Source: an uncultured Alistipes sp.
Lineage (GTDB): Bacteria; Bacillota; Clostridia; Oscillospirales; Ruminococcaceae
Reading direction: 5' to 3'
DNA length: 64,000 nucleotides
NCBI GenBank assembly: GCA_964401315.1
Contig: CAYNYB010000017.1
Coordinates: 7,596-71,595, forward strand
Numbering within the stretch: position 1 is the first letter of the stretch; each line of letters starts with the position of its first letter. The notes below the pieces were generated by a model. The model made no database searches. It was not told the origin of the DNA and saw only the letters and a list, made by a program, of their open reading frames with translations. This document shows positions 8,389 to 17,774 of this stretch, in pieces. The position numbers were made by a program, and so were the translations under genes.

Positions 8389-10287
8389 ATGAAGACTCTT
8401 GAAGAACTCAAGGCTGTCAGAGAATCGGTGGAGGGCGAAGTTGCTCTCAGAACTCATGGCAACGCTTCTTCAAAATATGAAAGACACGTTCTTGTCTGCG
8501 GCGGTACAGGCTGCACTTCTTCCGGCTCTCCCAAGATAATCGAGAAGCTTGAGGAGGAATTCGCTGCCAAGGGACTGAACGATAAAGTACAGATCGTTAA
8601 AACAGGCTGCTTCGGTCTCTGCGAAAGAGGTCCGATCATGATCGTTTATCCCGAAGGCTCATTCTACTCACGCGTTGGCGTTGAAGAAATCACACGTATT
8701 GTTGACGAACACCTCATCGGCGGCAATCCCGTTAAGGAATTCCTTTATGAAGAGACTGTTGACGGCGATAATATAAAAGCTCTCGACGATACTGCATTCT
8801 ATAAAAAACAGCATCGTGTTGCCCTCAGGAACTGCGGCGTTATTGATCCCGAAAATATCGACGAATATATCGGCAGAGACGGATATTCGGCTCTCGGCAA
8901 GGTTCTTACCGAGATGACTCCCGAGGACGTTATCCAGACTATTCTCGATTCAGGTCTCCGCGGAAGAGGCGGCGGCGGATTCCCCACAGGTATGAAGTGG
9001 AAGCTCGCCAGAAATATCGTTCCCGACGCTGACATGAAGTATGTCTGCTGCAATGCCGACGAGGGTGACCCGGGCGCATTCATGGATCGTTCCGTTCTCG
9101 AAGGCGATCCGCACGTTGTTCTCGAAGCTATGACTATCGCAGGTTACGCTATCGGCGCAAAGCAGGGTTACATCTACGTTCGTGCCGAGTATCCTATCGC
9201 TGTTGAGCGTCTTAATATCGCTATCAAGCAGGCTCGTGAAGCAGGTATGCTCGGTAAGGATATCTTTGGCACAGGTTTCGATTTCGATATTGATCTCCGT
9301 CTCGGTGCAGGAGCTTTCGTTTGCGGCGAAGAAACTGCTCTTATGACTTCAATCGAAGGCAACCGCGGCGAACCCAGACCAAGACCTCCTTTCCCTGCTG
9401 AAAAAGGTCTGTTCCAGAAGCCCACTATCCTTAACAACGTTGAAACATACGCTAATATTCCCCAGATCATTCTCAACGGCGCTGAATGGTTCGCTTCCAT
9501 GGGTACCGAAAAGTCCAAGGGTACTAAGGTATTCGCTCTCGGCGGTAAGATCAAGAACACAGGTCTTGTTGAAATTCCTATGGGTACTACTCTCCGCGAA
9601 GTTATCGAAGAGATCGGCGGCGGAATCCCCAACGGCAAGAAGTTCAAGGCTGCTCAGACAGGCGGTCCTTCAGGCGGCTGTATTCCTACAGAGCATTTCG
9701 ATATCCCGATCGACTACGATAACCTTATCGGCATCGGCTCAATGATGGGTTCGGGCGGTCTTATCGTTATGGACGAGGACAACTGTATGGTTGACATCGC
9801 TAAGTTCTTCCTCGAATTTACAGTTGACGAGTCCTGCGGTAAATGTACTCCCTGCCGTATCGGTACAAAGAGAATGCACGAGATTCTTGACAAGATCACA
9901 AAGGGTAAGGGTACTCTCGAAGATATTGATAAGCTTGAAGAACTTTGCTATCACATCAAGTCCAATTCACTCTGCGGTCTTGGTCAGACAGCTCCCAACC
10001 CTGTTCTCTCCACACTTCGTTACTTCCGTGACGAATACATAGCTCACGTTGTCGACAAGAAGTGTCCCGCAGGCGTTTGTAAGGATCTTCTCAGCTTTGA
10101 GATCGATAAGGATAAGTGCTTCGGCTGCTCAATGTGCGCTAAACAATGTCCTGCTGAGGCTATTTCCGTTACAGACTACACTGCACCCGGAAAGAAGAAG
10201 CCTGCATACACGATCGACAAGGATAAGTGCGTAAAGTGCGGAGCTTGTATCGCTACATGTAAGTTCAAGGCAATCAGCAAGAAGTAA
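8389..10287 (+). CDS. hydB: Electron-bifurcating [FeFe]-hydrogenase beta subunit (NuoF-like)
   Basis: LRGRGGGGFPTG, CNADEGDPG, GAFVCGEETAL, ESCGKCTPCRIG; N-terminal thioredoxin-like 2Fe-2S; two C-terminal 4Fe-4S motifs. Confidence 0.95.
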   Translation: MKTLEELKAVRESVEGEVALRTHGNASSKYERHVLVCGGTGCTSSGSPKIIEKLEEEFAAKGLNDKVQIVKTGCFGLCERGPIMIVYPEGSFYSRVGVEEITRIVDEHLIGGNPVKEFLYEETVDGDNIKALDDTAFYKKQHRVALRNCGVIDPENIDEYIGRDGYSALGKVLTEMTPEDVIQTILDSGLRGRGGGGFPTGMKWKLARNIVPDADMKYVCCNADEGDPGAFMDRSVLEGDPHVVLEAMTIAGYAIGAKQGYIYVRAEYPIAVERLNIAIKQAREAGMLGKDIFGTGFDFDIDLRLGAGAFVCGEETALMTSIEGNRGEPRPRPPFPAEKGLFQKPTILNNVETYANIPQIILNGAEWFASMGTEKSKGTKVFALGGKIKNTGLVEIPMGTTLREVIEEIGGGIPNGKKFKAAQTGGPSGGCIPTEHFDIPIDYDNLIGIGSMMGSGGLIVMDEDNCMVDIAKFFLEFTVDESCGKCTPCRIGTKRMHEILDKITKGKGTLEDIDKLEELCYHIKSNSLCGLGQTAPNPVLSTLRYFRDEYIAHVVDKKCPAGVCKDLLSFEIDKDKCFGCSMCAKQCPAEAISVTDYTAPGKKKPAYTIDKDKCVKCGACIATCKFKAISKK

Positions 10288-10302
10288 GCGGAGGAATTAT
10301 TA

Positions 10303-12045
10303 ATGGAAAATATAACAGTTAAAGTTAATGGTGCTGAAATCTCCGTACCCAAGGGCACTACCGTCCTTGAAGCTGCCCATATGGCAGGTTTTGAGATTCC
10401 TACACTTTGCTATATGAAAGAAATTAACGAGATCGGCGCTTGCCGTATCTGCGTTACAGAGGTAAACGAAGGAAGAGGTTTCCGTCTTGTTGCAGGCTGC
10501 GTATATCCCTGCTCCAATAACATGGAGATTCTCACGTCTTCTCCCAAGGTGATCGAATCACGCAAGAGAACTCTTGAGCTTATCCTCTCCACTCACGACA
10601 GAAAGTGCCTCTCCTGCGTAAGAAGCGGTAACTGCGAACTTCAGAAACTCTGCAAGGATTATGGTATTGACGACGCTTCCAAGTACGATGGCGCTAAGAA
10701 TGAGTATGAGGTTGATACGACCGCCGCTCATATGTACCGCGACAATAACAAGTGTATCCTTTGCCGCCGCTGTGTAGCAGTATGCTCAAAGACTCAGGGC
10801 ATCGGCGTTATCGGCGCAAATGAAAGAGGTTTCAAGACATTTATCGGCAGCGCGTTTGATATGGGTCTCGGCGAGACAAGCTGCGTTTCCTGCGGTCAGT
10901 GTATCGCTGTATGTCCTGTTGGCGCTATTGCTGAAAAGGATTACACAAAGCCCGTTCTCGAGGCTATCGCTGATCCCGAAAAGGTTGTTCTTGTTCAGAC
11001 TGCTCCCGCAGTACGCGCCGCTCTCGGCGAGTGCTTCGGTATGCCTATCGGCACAAATGCAGAAGGCAAAATGGTTGCCGCTCTCAGAAAGCTCGGATTC
11101 GATAAGGTATTCGATACTGATTTTGCCGCTGATCTTACGATCATGGAAGAAGCTAACGAATTCCTTGACAGACTCCAGAATGGCGGAAAGCTTCCTCTTA
11201 TCACATCATGCTCACCCGGTTGGGTTAAGTTCTGCGAGCATTATTTCCCCGATATGACTGAGAATCTCTCGTCATGCAAGTCTCCTCAGCAGATGTTCGG
11301 CGCAACTGCAAAGACTTACTACGCAGAGAAAATGGGCATTGATCCTAAGAATATCGTAATGGTTTCTATCATGCCTTGTACTGCTAAGAAGTTCGAGATC
11401 GGCAGAGACGATCAGAGTGCAGCAGGCGTTCCCGATGTGGATTACGCTCTCACAACTCGTGAACTCGGCAGAATGATCGAGCGTGCAGGCATCAATTTCC
11501 TCGGTCTTGAAGATGAAAAGTTCGACGATCCGCTCGGAATCTCAACAGGCGCAGGCGTTATATTCGGCGCAACAGGCGGCGTTATGGAGGCTGCTCTCCG
11601 TACTGCTGTTTATACTCTCACCGGCGAGAATCCTATCGACTTCCCCGAAGTTCGCGGCACAGAGGGAATTAAGGAAGCTGAGTATGATGTTGCAGGCACA
11701 AAGGTAAAGGTTGCTGTTGTAAGCGGTCTTGCAAATGCAAGAGAGCTTCTTGAGAAGGTTCAGAATGGCGAAGCTGATTATCAGTTCATTGAGATCATGG
11801 GTTGTCCCGGTGGCTGCGTAAACGGCGGCGGTCAGCCTCAGGTTGCAATGGGTATCAGAAACTTTGTTGATATCAGAGAAAAGAGAGCTAAGGTTCTTTA
11901 CGATATCGACGCTGCAATGCCTATCCGACAGTCTCACGAAAATCCCGCTATCAAGGAGATCTACAACACATTCTTTGAGAAACCCGGCAGTCATAAGGCT
12001 CATGAGGTTCTTCACACAACTTACGTTAAGAGAAGCATCAACTAA
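10303..12045 (+). CDS. hydA: [FeFe]-hydrogenase catalytic subunit (group A3 type)
   Basis: H-cluster motifs TSCSPGW, MPCTAKKFE and EIMGCPGGCVNGGG; N-terminal Fe-S clusters. Confidence 0.96.
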   Translation: MENITVKVNGAEISVPKGTTVLEAAHMAGFEIPTLCYMKEINEIGACRICVTEVNEGRGFRLVAGCVYPCSNNMEILTSSPKVIESRKRTLELILSTHDRKCLSCVRSGNCELQKLCKDYGIDDASKYDGAKNEYEVDTTAAHMYRDNNKCILCRRCVAVCSKTQGIGVIGANERGFKTFIGSAFDMGLGETSCVSCGQCIAVCPVGAIAEKDYTKPVLEAIADPEKVVLVQTAPAVRAALGECFGMPIGTNAEGKMVAALRKLGFDKVFDTDFAADLTIMEEANEFLDRLQNGGKLPLITSCSPGWVKFCEHYFPDMTENLSSCKSPQQMFGATAKTYYAEKMGIDPKNIVMVSIMPCTAKKFEIGRDDQSAAGVPDVDYALTTRELGRMIERAGINFLGLEDEKFDDPLGISTGAGVIFGATGGVMEAALRTAVYTLTGENPIDFPEVRGTEGIKEAEYDVAGTKVKVAVVSGLANARELLEKVQNGEADYQFIEIMGCPGGCVNGGGQPQVAMGIRNFVDIREKRAKVLYDIDAAMPIRQSHENPAIKEIYNTFFEKPGSHKAHEVLHTTYVKRSIN

Positions 12046-12055
12046 TTCAATATAC

Positions 12056-12083
12056 AAAAACGCCCGAATAATCGGGCGTTTTT
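12056..12083 (+). terminator. Intrinsic terminator of hydCBA
   Basis: AAAAACGCCCGA-ataa-TCGGGCGTTTTT. Confidence 0.85.
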
Positions 12084-12256
12084 CTTTAGTTGAGAATAAA
12101 CCTTATTAGAGAAATATATTCATTATAATAATCGATAAAATCGAATAACACAAAAATCCGCTGTAAATAGCGGATTTTAGGTTCGAAAAAATAATTTTAG
12201 CACGAAAAAAGCGAACCCGAGAGCGGTCATACGAACCGTCTTCCGAAACTCGCTAC

Positions 12257-12343
12257 TGGTGCCGGTGGCGGGGGTCGAACCCGCACTCTGTTGCCAGAAC
12301 GGGATTTTGAGTCCCGCGCGTCTGCCAATTCCACCACACCGGC
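12257..12343 (-). tRNA. tRNA-Leu (CAA), encoded CCA
   Basis: GCCGGTG acceptor stem, D-loop TGGAATTGGCAGAC, anticodon arm CGGGA-CTCAAAA-TCCCG, long variable arm, GGTTCGAC T-loop, 3' CCA. Confidence 0.96.
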
Positions 12344-12451
12344 AAAAACAGATATCTCATCTGCTTAAATATTATATCACAAAAAAACAGATTTGTCAAG
12401 TTTTTTTTAAAAAAATTCAAGGCGTATCCAAAAATACGCCTTGAAATAATT

Positions 12452-13003
12452 TTAACCGAAATATCTTTTGAGAAGTCCCTCAAAAGCCTTGCCGTGACGA
12501 GCCTCATCCTTAGCCATTTCATGAACAGTATCATGAATAGCGTCAAGGTTAAGTTCCTTAGCTCTCTTCGCAAGATCAAGCTTGCCCTGTGTTGCACCGT
12601 GTTCAGCGGCAACTCTTTTCTCAAGATTCTCCTTTGTGGAAGAAGAAACAACATCGCCGAGAAGCTCAGCAAATTTTGCAGCGTGTTCAGCCTCTTCATA
12701 AGCAGCTTTCTCCCAGTAGAGACCGATTTCAGGATAGCCCTCTCTGTGAGCAACTCTTGCCATCGCAAGATACATACCTACTTCTGTGCATTCGCCAGAG
12801 AAATTAGCTTTCAGACCTTCAATGATCTGCTCATCTGTAACTGCCTTTGCAATTCCAACTTCATGCTCGCAAGCGAAAACAAGATTTCCCTCTTCCTTTT
12901 TCTCAATGAACTTAGATCCGGGAACTCCGCACTGAGGGCATTTTTCTGGGGCGGAATCGCCCTCATGAACATAGCCGCAAACGGGACATACATATTTAGC
13001 CAT
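12452..13003 (-). CDS. Reverse rubrerythrin (N-terminal rubredoxin plus ferritin-like diiron domain)
   Basis: CPVCGY...CPQC rubredoxin knuckles; GECTE, EEAEH and DEARH diiron motifs; SD GGAGG. Confidence 0.93.
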   Translation of the reverse strand: MAKYVCPVCGYVHEGDSAPEKCPQCGVPGSKFIEKKEEGNLVFACEHEVGIAKAVTDEQIIEGLKANFSGECTEVGMYLAMARVAHREGYPEIGLYWEKAAYEEAEHAAKFAELLGDVVSSSTKENLEKRVAAEHGATQGKLDLAKRAKELNLDAIHDTVHEMAKDEARHGKAFEGLLKRYFG

Positions 13004-13043
13004 AATAATTACCTCCATTTTATATAGAACAAGTTTTTATATG

Positions 13044-13206
13044 TATACTCTCCTCTATTCTAAACCCGAATAATCTTCCGAGCATAAATTACGTCAGTCG
13101 TCGTCGCAAATCCTCGACGGGCGACATCCCGTCTTGCGGTTTGCTTCTATACTGACATGATTTCTGCTCGAAATCTTTATTCGATTTTAGAATAAAGGCG
13201 AGTATA
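13044..13206. mobile_element. Family-C palindromic miniature element (~163-bp core)
   Basis: Imperfect TIRs TATACTCTCCTCTATTCTAAA / TTTAGAATAAAGGCGAGTATA; nested internal stems; same ends recur at 5771 and 18534-18775. Confidence 0.7.
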
Positions 13207-13247
13207 TAAACTTATTCTGAATAAAGCCTTTCGACTTTTTCAACTAA

Positions 13248-13511
13248 TTAGACACCATGCTTTACTCTGTCGTGTTCTTCAGCGCGTTTACCGTCGTTGA
13301 AGCGGTCAAGAGTACCCACCAGATAACCTGTAATACGTCTAATGCGGTCAAAGGGTACGTTTGAAAATTCATATTTCAAATCAACAAAATCTCCGTCCAA
13401 AGTCACGGTCATTTCATTGATTATCCTGTCGCTGTATTTTTCCTCGCCGTACTTGATGTACGCGTCGATTTCCTGCTGCGGAAGAGTTCCGCCTATAACG
13501 TTTACTTTCAC
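13248..13511 (-). CDS. Stand-alone 87-aa protein ending in an NrdD-type glycyl-radical motif
   Basis: C-terminus RIRRITGYLVGTLDRFNDGKRAEEHDRVKH; GTG start with SD CAGGAGG. Confidence 0.82.
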   Translation of the reverse strand: MKVNVIGGTLPQQEIDAYIKYGEEKYSDRIINEMTVTLDGDFVDLKYEFSNVPFDRIRRITGYLVGTLDRFNDGKRAEEHDRVKHGV

Positions 13512-13640
13512 CTTACAGACCTCCTGAATAAATTCACACAAAACCAAGCCAATATGCACTTCACATATGACTTAACTATATTTGCAGAGCCTGCGCAGGA
13601 CTGCCTCAGAATCAAAAATACCGTCATTAAAAATCGATAC

Positions 13641-13702
13641 TTGACATTTGACTAAATATATTGTATCATAATAAGAGAAAAAAATCTGTTGCAATTGCAA
13701 CA
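13641..13702 (+). promoter_or_regulatory. SigA promoter plus 16-bp perfect palindrome upstream of the Crp/Fnr gene
   Basis: TTGACA(13641)-N17-TATCAT(13664); TGTTGCAATTGCAACA at 13687-13702, just before the SD. Confidence 0.65.
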
Positions 13703-13715
13703 CAAGGAGAAATAT

Positions 13716-14378
13716 ATGTTAGTCAAGAATAACACATTGTTCAAAGGCGTCTCACCTGAAGACTGTACACGCATGATAGAATGTTTCAACGCCGAAACAC
13801 GGAAATTCCGCGCGGGCAGCTGTATCGCCGATTTCTCGGTACAGCGTGGAAAAATCGGTGTCATATTGAGCGGAAACGCCGAGATTGTGCGCTATGACAT
13901 AAACGGCGTTAGGAGCATAATCGAAACTTTAGGCGCGCAGGATATTTTCGGTGATTTTTTCACCTATTCCTCTTCCAAAAAAAGTACTGTTGAAATAATT
14001 GCGGAAGCGGACTGCGAAATACTTTTCGTACTCCGTTCCGAACTTATGAAGCGATGTGCGAAAGCCTGCCAATGCCATTCGCAGGTAGTTGAAAATATGC
14101 TCGATCTTATGACAGAAAAAGCTGTTTCACTCAGCGAACGCATAGAAGTTCTTAGCCAGCGTACTATTGAAGATAAGCTACTTAGTTTTTTGCAGATCAC
14201 CGAAAATAATACCGCCGCAGGAAAATCGCCGCAGATACCTTTTTCAACAACGGCACTTTCGGATTATCTCTGCGTAAACCGAAGCGCACTCCAGCGTGAA
14301 ATGGCTAAGCTGAAAAAATCAGGTGTTCTCACAATTTCAAAAAGAAAATTCAAACTCAACCGCAATCAAGAAATCTGA
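13716..14378 (+). CDS. Crp/Fnr-family transcriptional regulator with Cys-rich segment
   Basis: cNMP-binding-fold N-terminus (GDIFG-like QDIFG); HTH LSDYLCVNRSALQRE; CAKACQCH segment. Confidence 0.9.
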   Translation: MLVKNNTLFKGVSPEDCTRMIECFNAETRKFRAGSCIADFSVQRGKIGVILSGNAEIVRYDINGVRSIIETLGAQDIFGDFFTYSSSKKSTVEIIAEADCEILFVLRSELMKRCAKACQCHSQVVENMLDLMTEKAVSLSERIEVLSQRTIEDKLLSFLQITENNTAAGKSPQIPFSTTALSDYLCVNRSALQREMAKLKKSGVLTISKRKFKLNRNQEI

Positions 14379-14386
14379 AATTCTTA

Positions 14387-14543
14387 GGAACTGTCCAGAA
14401 ATAAATTGTGCATTTAGGCGCAGGATCACTTGTTCTGTGCAAGGCGCGCGACCGTAGGAATACTGGCGTATTTCAAGGGAGTGCAACGCTGCACAGGACA
14501 TGCGAGACAAGCATAAATGCATAAGTTATTTCTGGATAGTTCC
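14387..14543. mobile_element. MITE-like element A1 (157 bp), TTA direct repeats
   Basis: TIRs GGAACTGTCCAGAAATAA / TTATTTCTGGATAGTTCC; TTA at 14384-86 and 14544-46; homologous to 35818-35974. Confidence 0.8.
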
Positions 14544-14617
14544 TTAGGTAAATTGCACAAAATTACCATAGAAAAATAATCATATTTCAAAAATAAGCCA
14601 GACTATTCACATAAAAA

Positions 14618-14646
14618 TTGACATATATTTAAATGTATGCTATAAT
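14618..14646 (+). promoter_or_regulatory. Consensus SigA promoter of uppP
   Basis: TTGACA-N17-TATAAT. Confidence 0.8.
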
Positions 14647-14686
14647 AAAATTCATAGAATAACTCGAATAACGAAAGGATAAAAAT

Positions 14687-15565
14687 ATGATCTGGGAATT
14701 TATCAAATCCATAATTCTCGGTATTGTCGAGGGCATTACCGAATGGCTGCCCGTCAGCAGTACGGGACATCTGATACTTGTCAACGAATTTTTGCAGTTG
14801 AATGTCAGCGACGACGCGGAAATCAACGAAGGTTTCATCAATATGTTCAACGTCGTGATACAGCTTGGCGCAATAATGGCTGTAGTGCTGATCTTCTGGA
14901 AAAAACTTTTTCCATTCGGCAAAAAGGATAATCCTCACCCCTGGAAAAAAGAAGGTTTTGGAGCTTGCGTAAAAGCTGACATAATGCAGATGTGGTTCAA
15001 GGTAATAGTCGCCTGCCTGCCTGCCGCCGTAATCGGAGTTCTCTTCGACGACGTTTTTGAAGCGCTTTTCTATCGATCATGGGTAATCGCTATCGCACTT
15101 ATAGTTTTCGGAATCGCATTCATTATCATTGAAAACCGTAATAAAAACAAATCCGCAAAAGTCAACACGATCAACGAACTTACATATCAGGCGGCACTCA
15201 TAATCGGCGGATTCCAGCTAATCGCTGCAATGTTCCCCGGCACATCGCGTTCGGGAGCAACCATACTCGGAGCGTTGCTTATCGGAATTTCCCGAACCGT
15301 CGCGGCTGAATTCACATTTTACCTTGCCGTTCCCGTAATGTTCGGCGCAAGCTTATTGAAGATCGTCAAATACGACGGCGGATTCACTGGTTCGCAGCTC
15401 AGAATTCTCCTTATCGGAATGATCGTTGCATTCATTGTTTCCGTAGTTGTCATCAAATTCCTCATGGACTACATCAAAAAGCATGATTTTAAAGTATTCG
15501 GATGGTACAGAATCATCCTCGGAATACTGGTTCTCATTTACTTCGGAGCAAAAGCGTTTGCATAA
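14687..15565 (+). CDS. uppP: Undecaprenyl-diphosphate phosphatase (BacA)
   Basis: GIVEGITEWLPVSSTGH and PGTSRSGATI motifs; multi-TM. Confidence 0.96.
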   Translation: MIWEFIKSIILGIVEGITEWLPVSSTGHLILVNEFLQLNVSDDAEINEGFINMFNVVIQLGAIMAVVLIFWKKLFPFGKKDNPHPWKKEGFGACVKADIMQMWFKVIVACLPAAVIGVLFDDVFEALFYRSWVIAIALIVFGIAFIIIENRNKNKSAKVNTINELTYQAALIIGGFQLIAAMFPGTSRSGATILGALLIGISRTVAAEFTFYLAVPVMFGASLLKIVKYDGGFTGSQLRILLIGMIVAFIVSVVVIKFLMDYIKKHDFKVFGWYRIILGILVLIYFGAKAFA

Positions 15566-15569
15566 ATTA

Positions 15570-15612
15570 AAAAATCCCGAAAGCGTAATTTCAAAGCGCT
15601 TTCGGGATTTTT
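15570..15612. terminator. Bidirectional intrinsic terminator
   Basis: AAAAATCCCGAAAGCG...CGCTTTCGGGATTTTT between convergent genes. Confidence 0.82.
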
Positions 15613-15695
15613 ATTTAAATTTTGTACTAATCTTTGAAACGTTGATAGCTAAATTTAAGCCGCAAAGCTATCTATTGTTATTTTGAGGATTAGTA

Positions 15696-16862
15696 TTATG
15701 ACTGATAAGCGGAAGTGATTCCAAAATACTCTTCAAGTGTAAGATAAGGATCGCCTGCTGCAATTGCAGCATCTTGAATTCGCTGAGCATTCTCCTTACC
15801 CACATAGCGAATATGCCACGGCTCATATTTATAGCCTGTAACGCTCTGCTTACCCTGCGGATAGCGGATTATAAAGCCGTATTCCACACAATGCTCTTCG
15901 AGCCAGATAGCCTCGGGAGTTCCGATAAATGCGTCGCTGATCTCGTTTACATCTATCGCAAGACCTGTCTGATGCTCGGAATGTCCCGGACGCGCCGAAA
16001 AAGTATCAGCTGTAGCCTGTCCGTTTACGGCAACGTAATTATTGTAGATAGATTCCTGCGTTTCATAAGAGCGAAATCCCGATGAGATGTAAATATTTAA
16101 ACCATCATTGGCAGCTCCGCTCGCAAGTTCCTGAAATGCCGAATAAGTGTCGCTTGTAAGTCCGCCCGGATTATAAGAAGACGGCAAAGCGTAAGTTTTG
16201 TTGGCGATGAGGATTCCGTCAATGTATGTTACTCCGTCTACTTGCTGAACGCCTTCAGATTTTTTAACAGTAACATTAACTTCAGCGCCAAGCGACGGAT
16301 TATCAGCCGACGTCACCTTGATAACGCACGTACCCTCGCCAACACCGGTAATATTTCCGAAGGAATCAACGGTAGCAACAGCGGTATTCGAACTTGTCCA
16401 GACTTCTTTGATATTTTCCGAAACAACGGGATACTGCTTAGTCTGACCAACGCTTATCTCGGCTGAATAATAGCTGAGTGTAATGCCGCTTACTGTTGCA
16501 GAGCCGCCTGACGGAGTGGTTGCACCTCCATTTGCAGTCGGCGCTTTCGTGGTCGGAGTATTAGGATTCACCTTTGAATTATTTGCAGCCGAAGTAATTC
16601 CGGTACGCGTAACAGCCACAAATCCCGCTCCTGTAGTTGTTGTACCCGCTGCATCTGTCACGTCTTCCGCAGAAGAAGTTGTAATATCGGAAGTTTGAAC
16701 GTCGTTTTCATTATCTGTAGTATTTTCAACAATACTGCTCGAAATGCTGAGTTCCGATGATTCGTTTTGAGTAGCAGGAACTTCGTTGCCGCATGACGCC
16801 ATACCCATAAGGCAGACTAATGAAGCGATAAACGCCGTAATACGTGTAAATTTTCTATTCAT
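15696..16862 (-). CDS. Lipoprotein D,D-carboxypeptidase (VanY/M15B) with Ser/Thr linker and Ig-like domain
   Basis: Lipobox MASC; WTSSNTAVATV Ig-like domain; SGFRS, SARPGHSEHQTGLAID and EPWH motifs. Confidence 0.9.
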   Translation of the reverse strand: MNRKFTRITAFIASLVCLMGMASCGNEVPATQNESSELSISSSIVENTTDNENDVQTSDITTSSAEDVTDAAGTTTTGAGFVAVTRTGITSAANNSKVNPNTPTTKAPTANGGATTPSGGSATVSGITLSYYSAEISVGQTKQYPVVSENIKEVWTSSNTAVATVDSFGNITGVGEGTCVIKVTSADNPSLGAEVNVTVKKSEGVQQVDGVTYIDGILIANKTYALPSSYNPGGLTSDTYSAFQELASGAANDGLNIYISSGFRSYETQESIYNNYVAVNGQATADTFSARPGHSEHQTGLAIDVNEISDAFIGTPEAIWLEEHCVEYGFIIRYPQGKQSVTGYKYEPWHIRYVGKENAQRIQDAAIAAGDPYLTLEEYFGITSAYQS

Positions 16863-17004
16863 TTCGTCATCTCCCAAGCAGCGTTTATTTCCAAGCTGCA
16901 ATTTTAAATTTTCTTAACACACCTTATTATATCACACTATTTCCCAAATGTAAAGCTTTTTTTGAAAAAAGTCAGTAGCAGACAAGAAGATAGAGACGGT
17001 ATAA

Positions 17005-17724
17005 TTACATGGGCAGCTTACTACAATTATATCTGTCAACACTGTCAAAAATATTTTCTTCAGATCGTTGACGCATAGAATAAACATCATCGCAGCCAAA
17101 TATTATATGATCAACCATCGTAATCCCAAGCAATTTAAGTGCATTTTTGATTTTCAGCGTTGAAGATATATCGGCTGTCGACGGAGTACATACGCCCATA
17201 GGGTGATTATGTGCGATAAACACATATGAAGCTTCGTTTTTCATTGCAAAATTGACAATTTCTCTACATGATGACGCAACTTGAGATACTGAACCGCTGT
17301 TTAAGATTTTAGAGTCAATAATTTTGAAATTCCTGGAAACCGCCGTCACAACGATTATTTCAACGTGTTCTGATTTAAGATAAGCGGAGAAATATTTTTC
17401 AGCATTCTCAACAGTATCAAGCAGCAACATCTGGCATTTCTCCAGTTCGCAAATTCGCTTTAGCTGCGGAATAAGCGTCAGAAGAAGTGCGCTCTGCATA
17501 TTGATGCCACAGTCTTTCACAAGAAACCTCGAATCGGAATCCATAGCCATTTGAGGAGTTCCGTAAATCTCAGTAAGCTTCGCTACAGCATTTTCAATAT
17601 TTTTACTTTGCTCGGAATATGAAAGGATAAATGTAAATTTCTCAGTATCTGTAAGAGAATCAAACCCTTGCTCCAAATATTTTTTTCTTACAATATCAGA
17701 TATTTTTTGAATTTTATTGGTCAT
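17005..17724 (-). CDS. RadC-like JAB-domain protein (JAB metal motif intact)
   Basis: FIAHNHPMGVCTPSTADI matches HNHPxGxxxPSxxD; divergent N-terminus. Confidence 0.75.
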   Translation of the reverse strand: MTNKIQKISDIVRKKYLEQGFDSLTDTEKFTFILSYSEQSKNIENAVAKLTEIYGTPQMAMDSDSRFLVKDCGINMQSALLLTLIPQLKRICELEKCQMLLLDTVENAEKYFSAYLKSEHVEIIVVTAVSRNFKIIDSKILNSGSVSQVASSCREIVNFAMKNEASYVFIAHNHPMGVCTPSTADISSTLKIKNALKLLGITMVDHIIFGCDDVYSMRQRSEENIFDSVDRYNCSKLPM

Positions 17725-17774
17725 GGTATTTTATAGCATTTTAAAATTTTATTTATAGGTTCTTATAGCATTTG

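Noticed and set aside
12257-12343. tRNA-Leu as an integration site
   Set aside because: No integrase or duplicated tRNA 3' end found in the window.
12253-12768. 171-aa minus-strand ORF
   Set aside because: Out-of-frame overlap of rubrerythrin running through tRNA-Leu; not a plausible protein.
14387-14543. CRISPR array or riboswitch interpretation of the palindromic repeats
   Set aside because: Copies are dispersed single units with TIRs and target duplications; no repeat-spacer periodicity and no cas genes.
15696-16862. Vancomycin-resistance cluster (VanY-like gene, Ddl-like gene, uppP)
   Set aside because: The genes are unlinked, there is no vanRS/H/X/T, and the Ddl-like protein lacks catalytic residues; M15B lipoproteins are common housekeeping enzymes.
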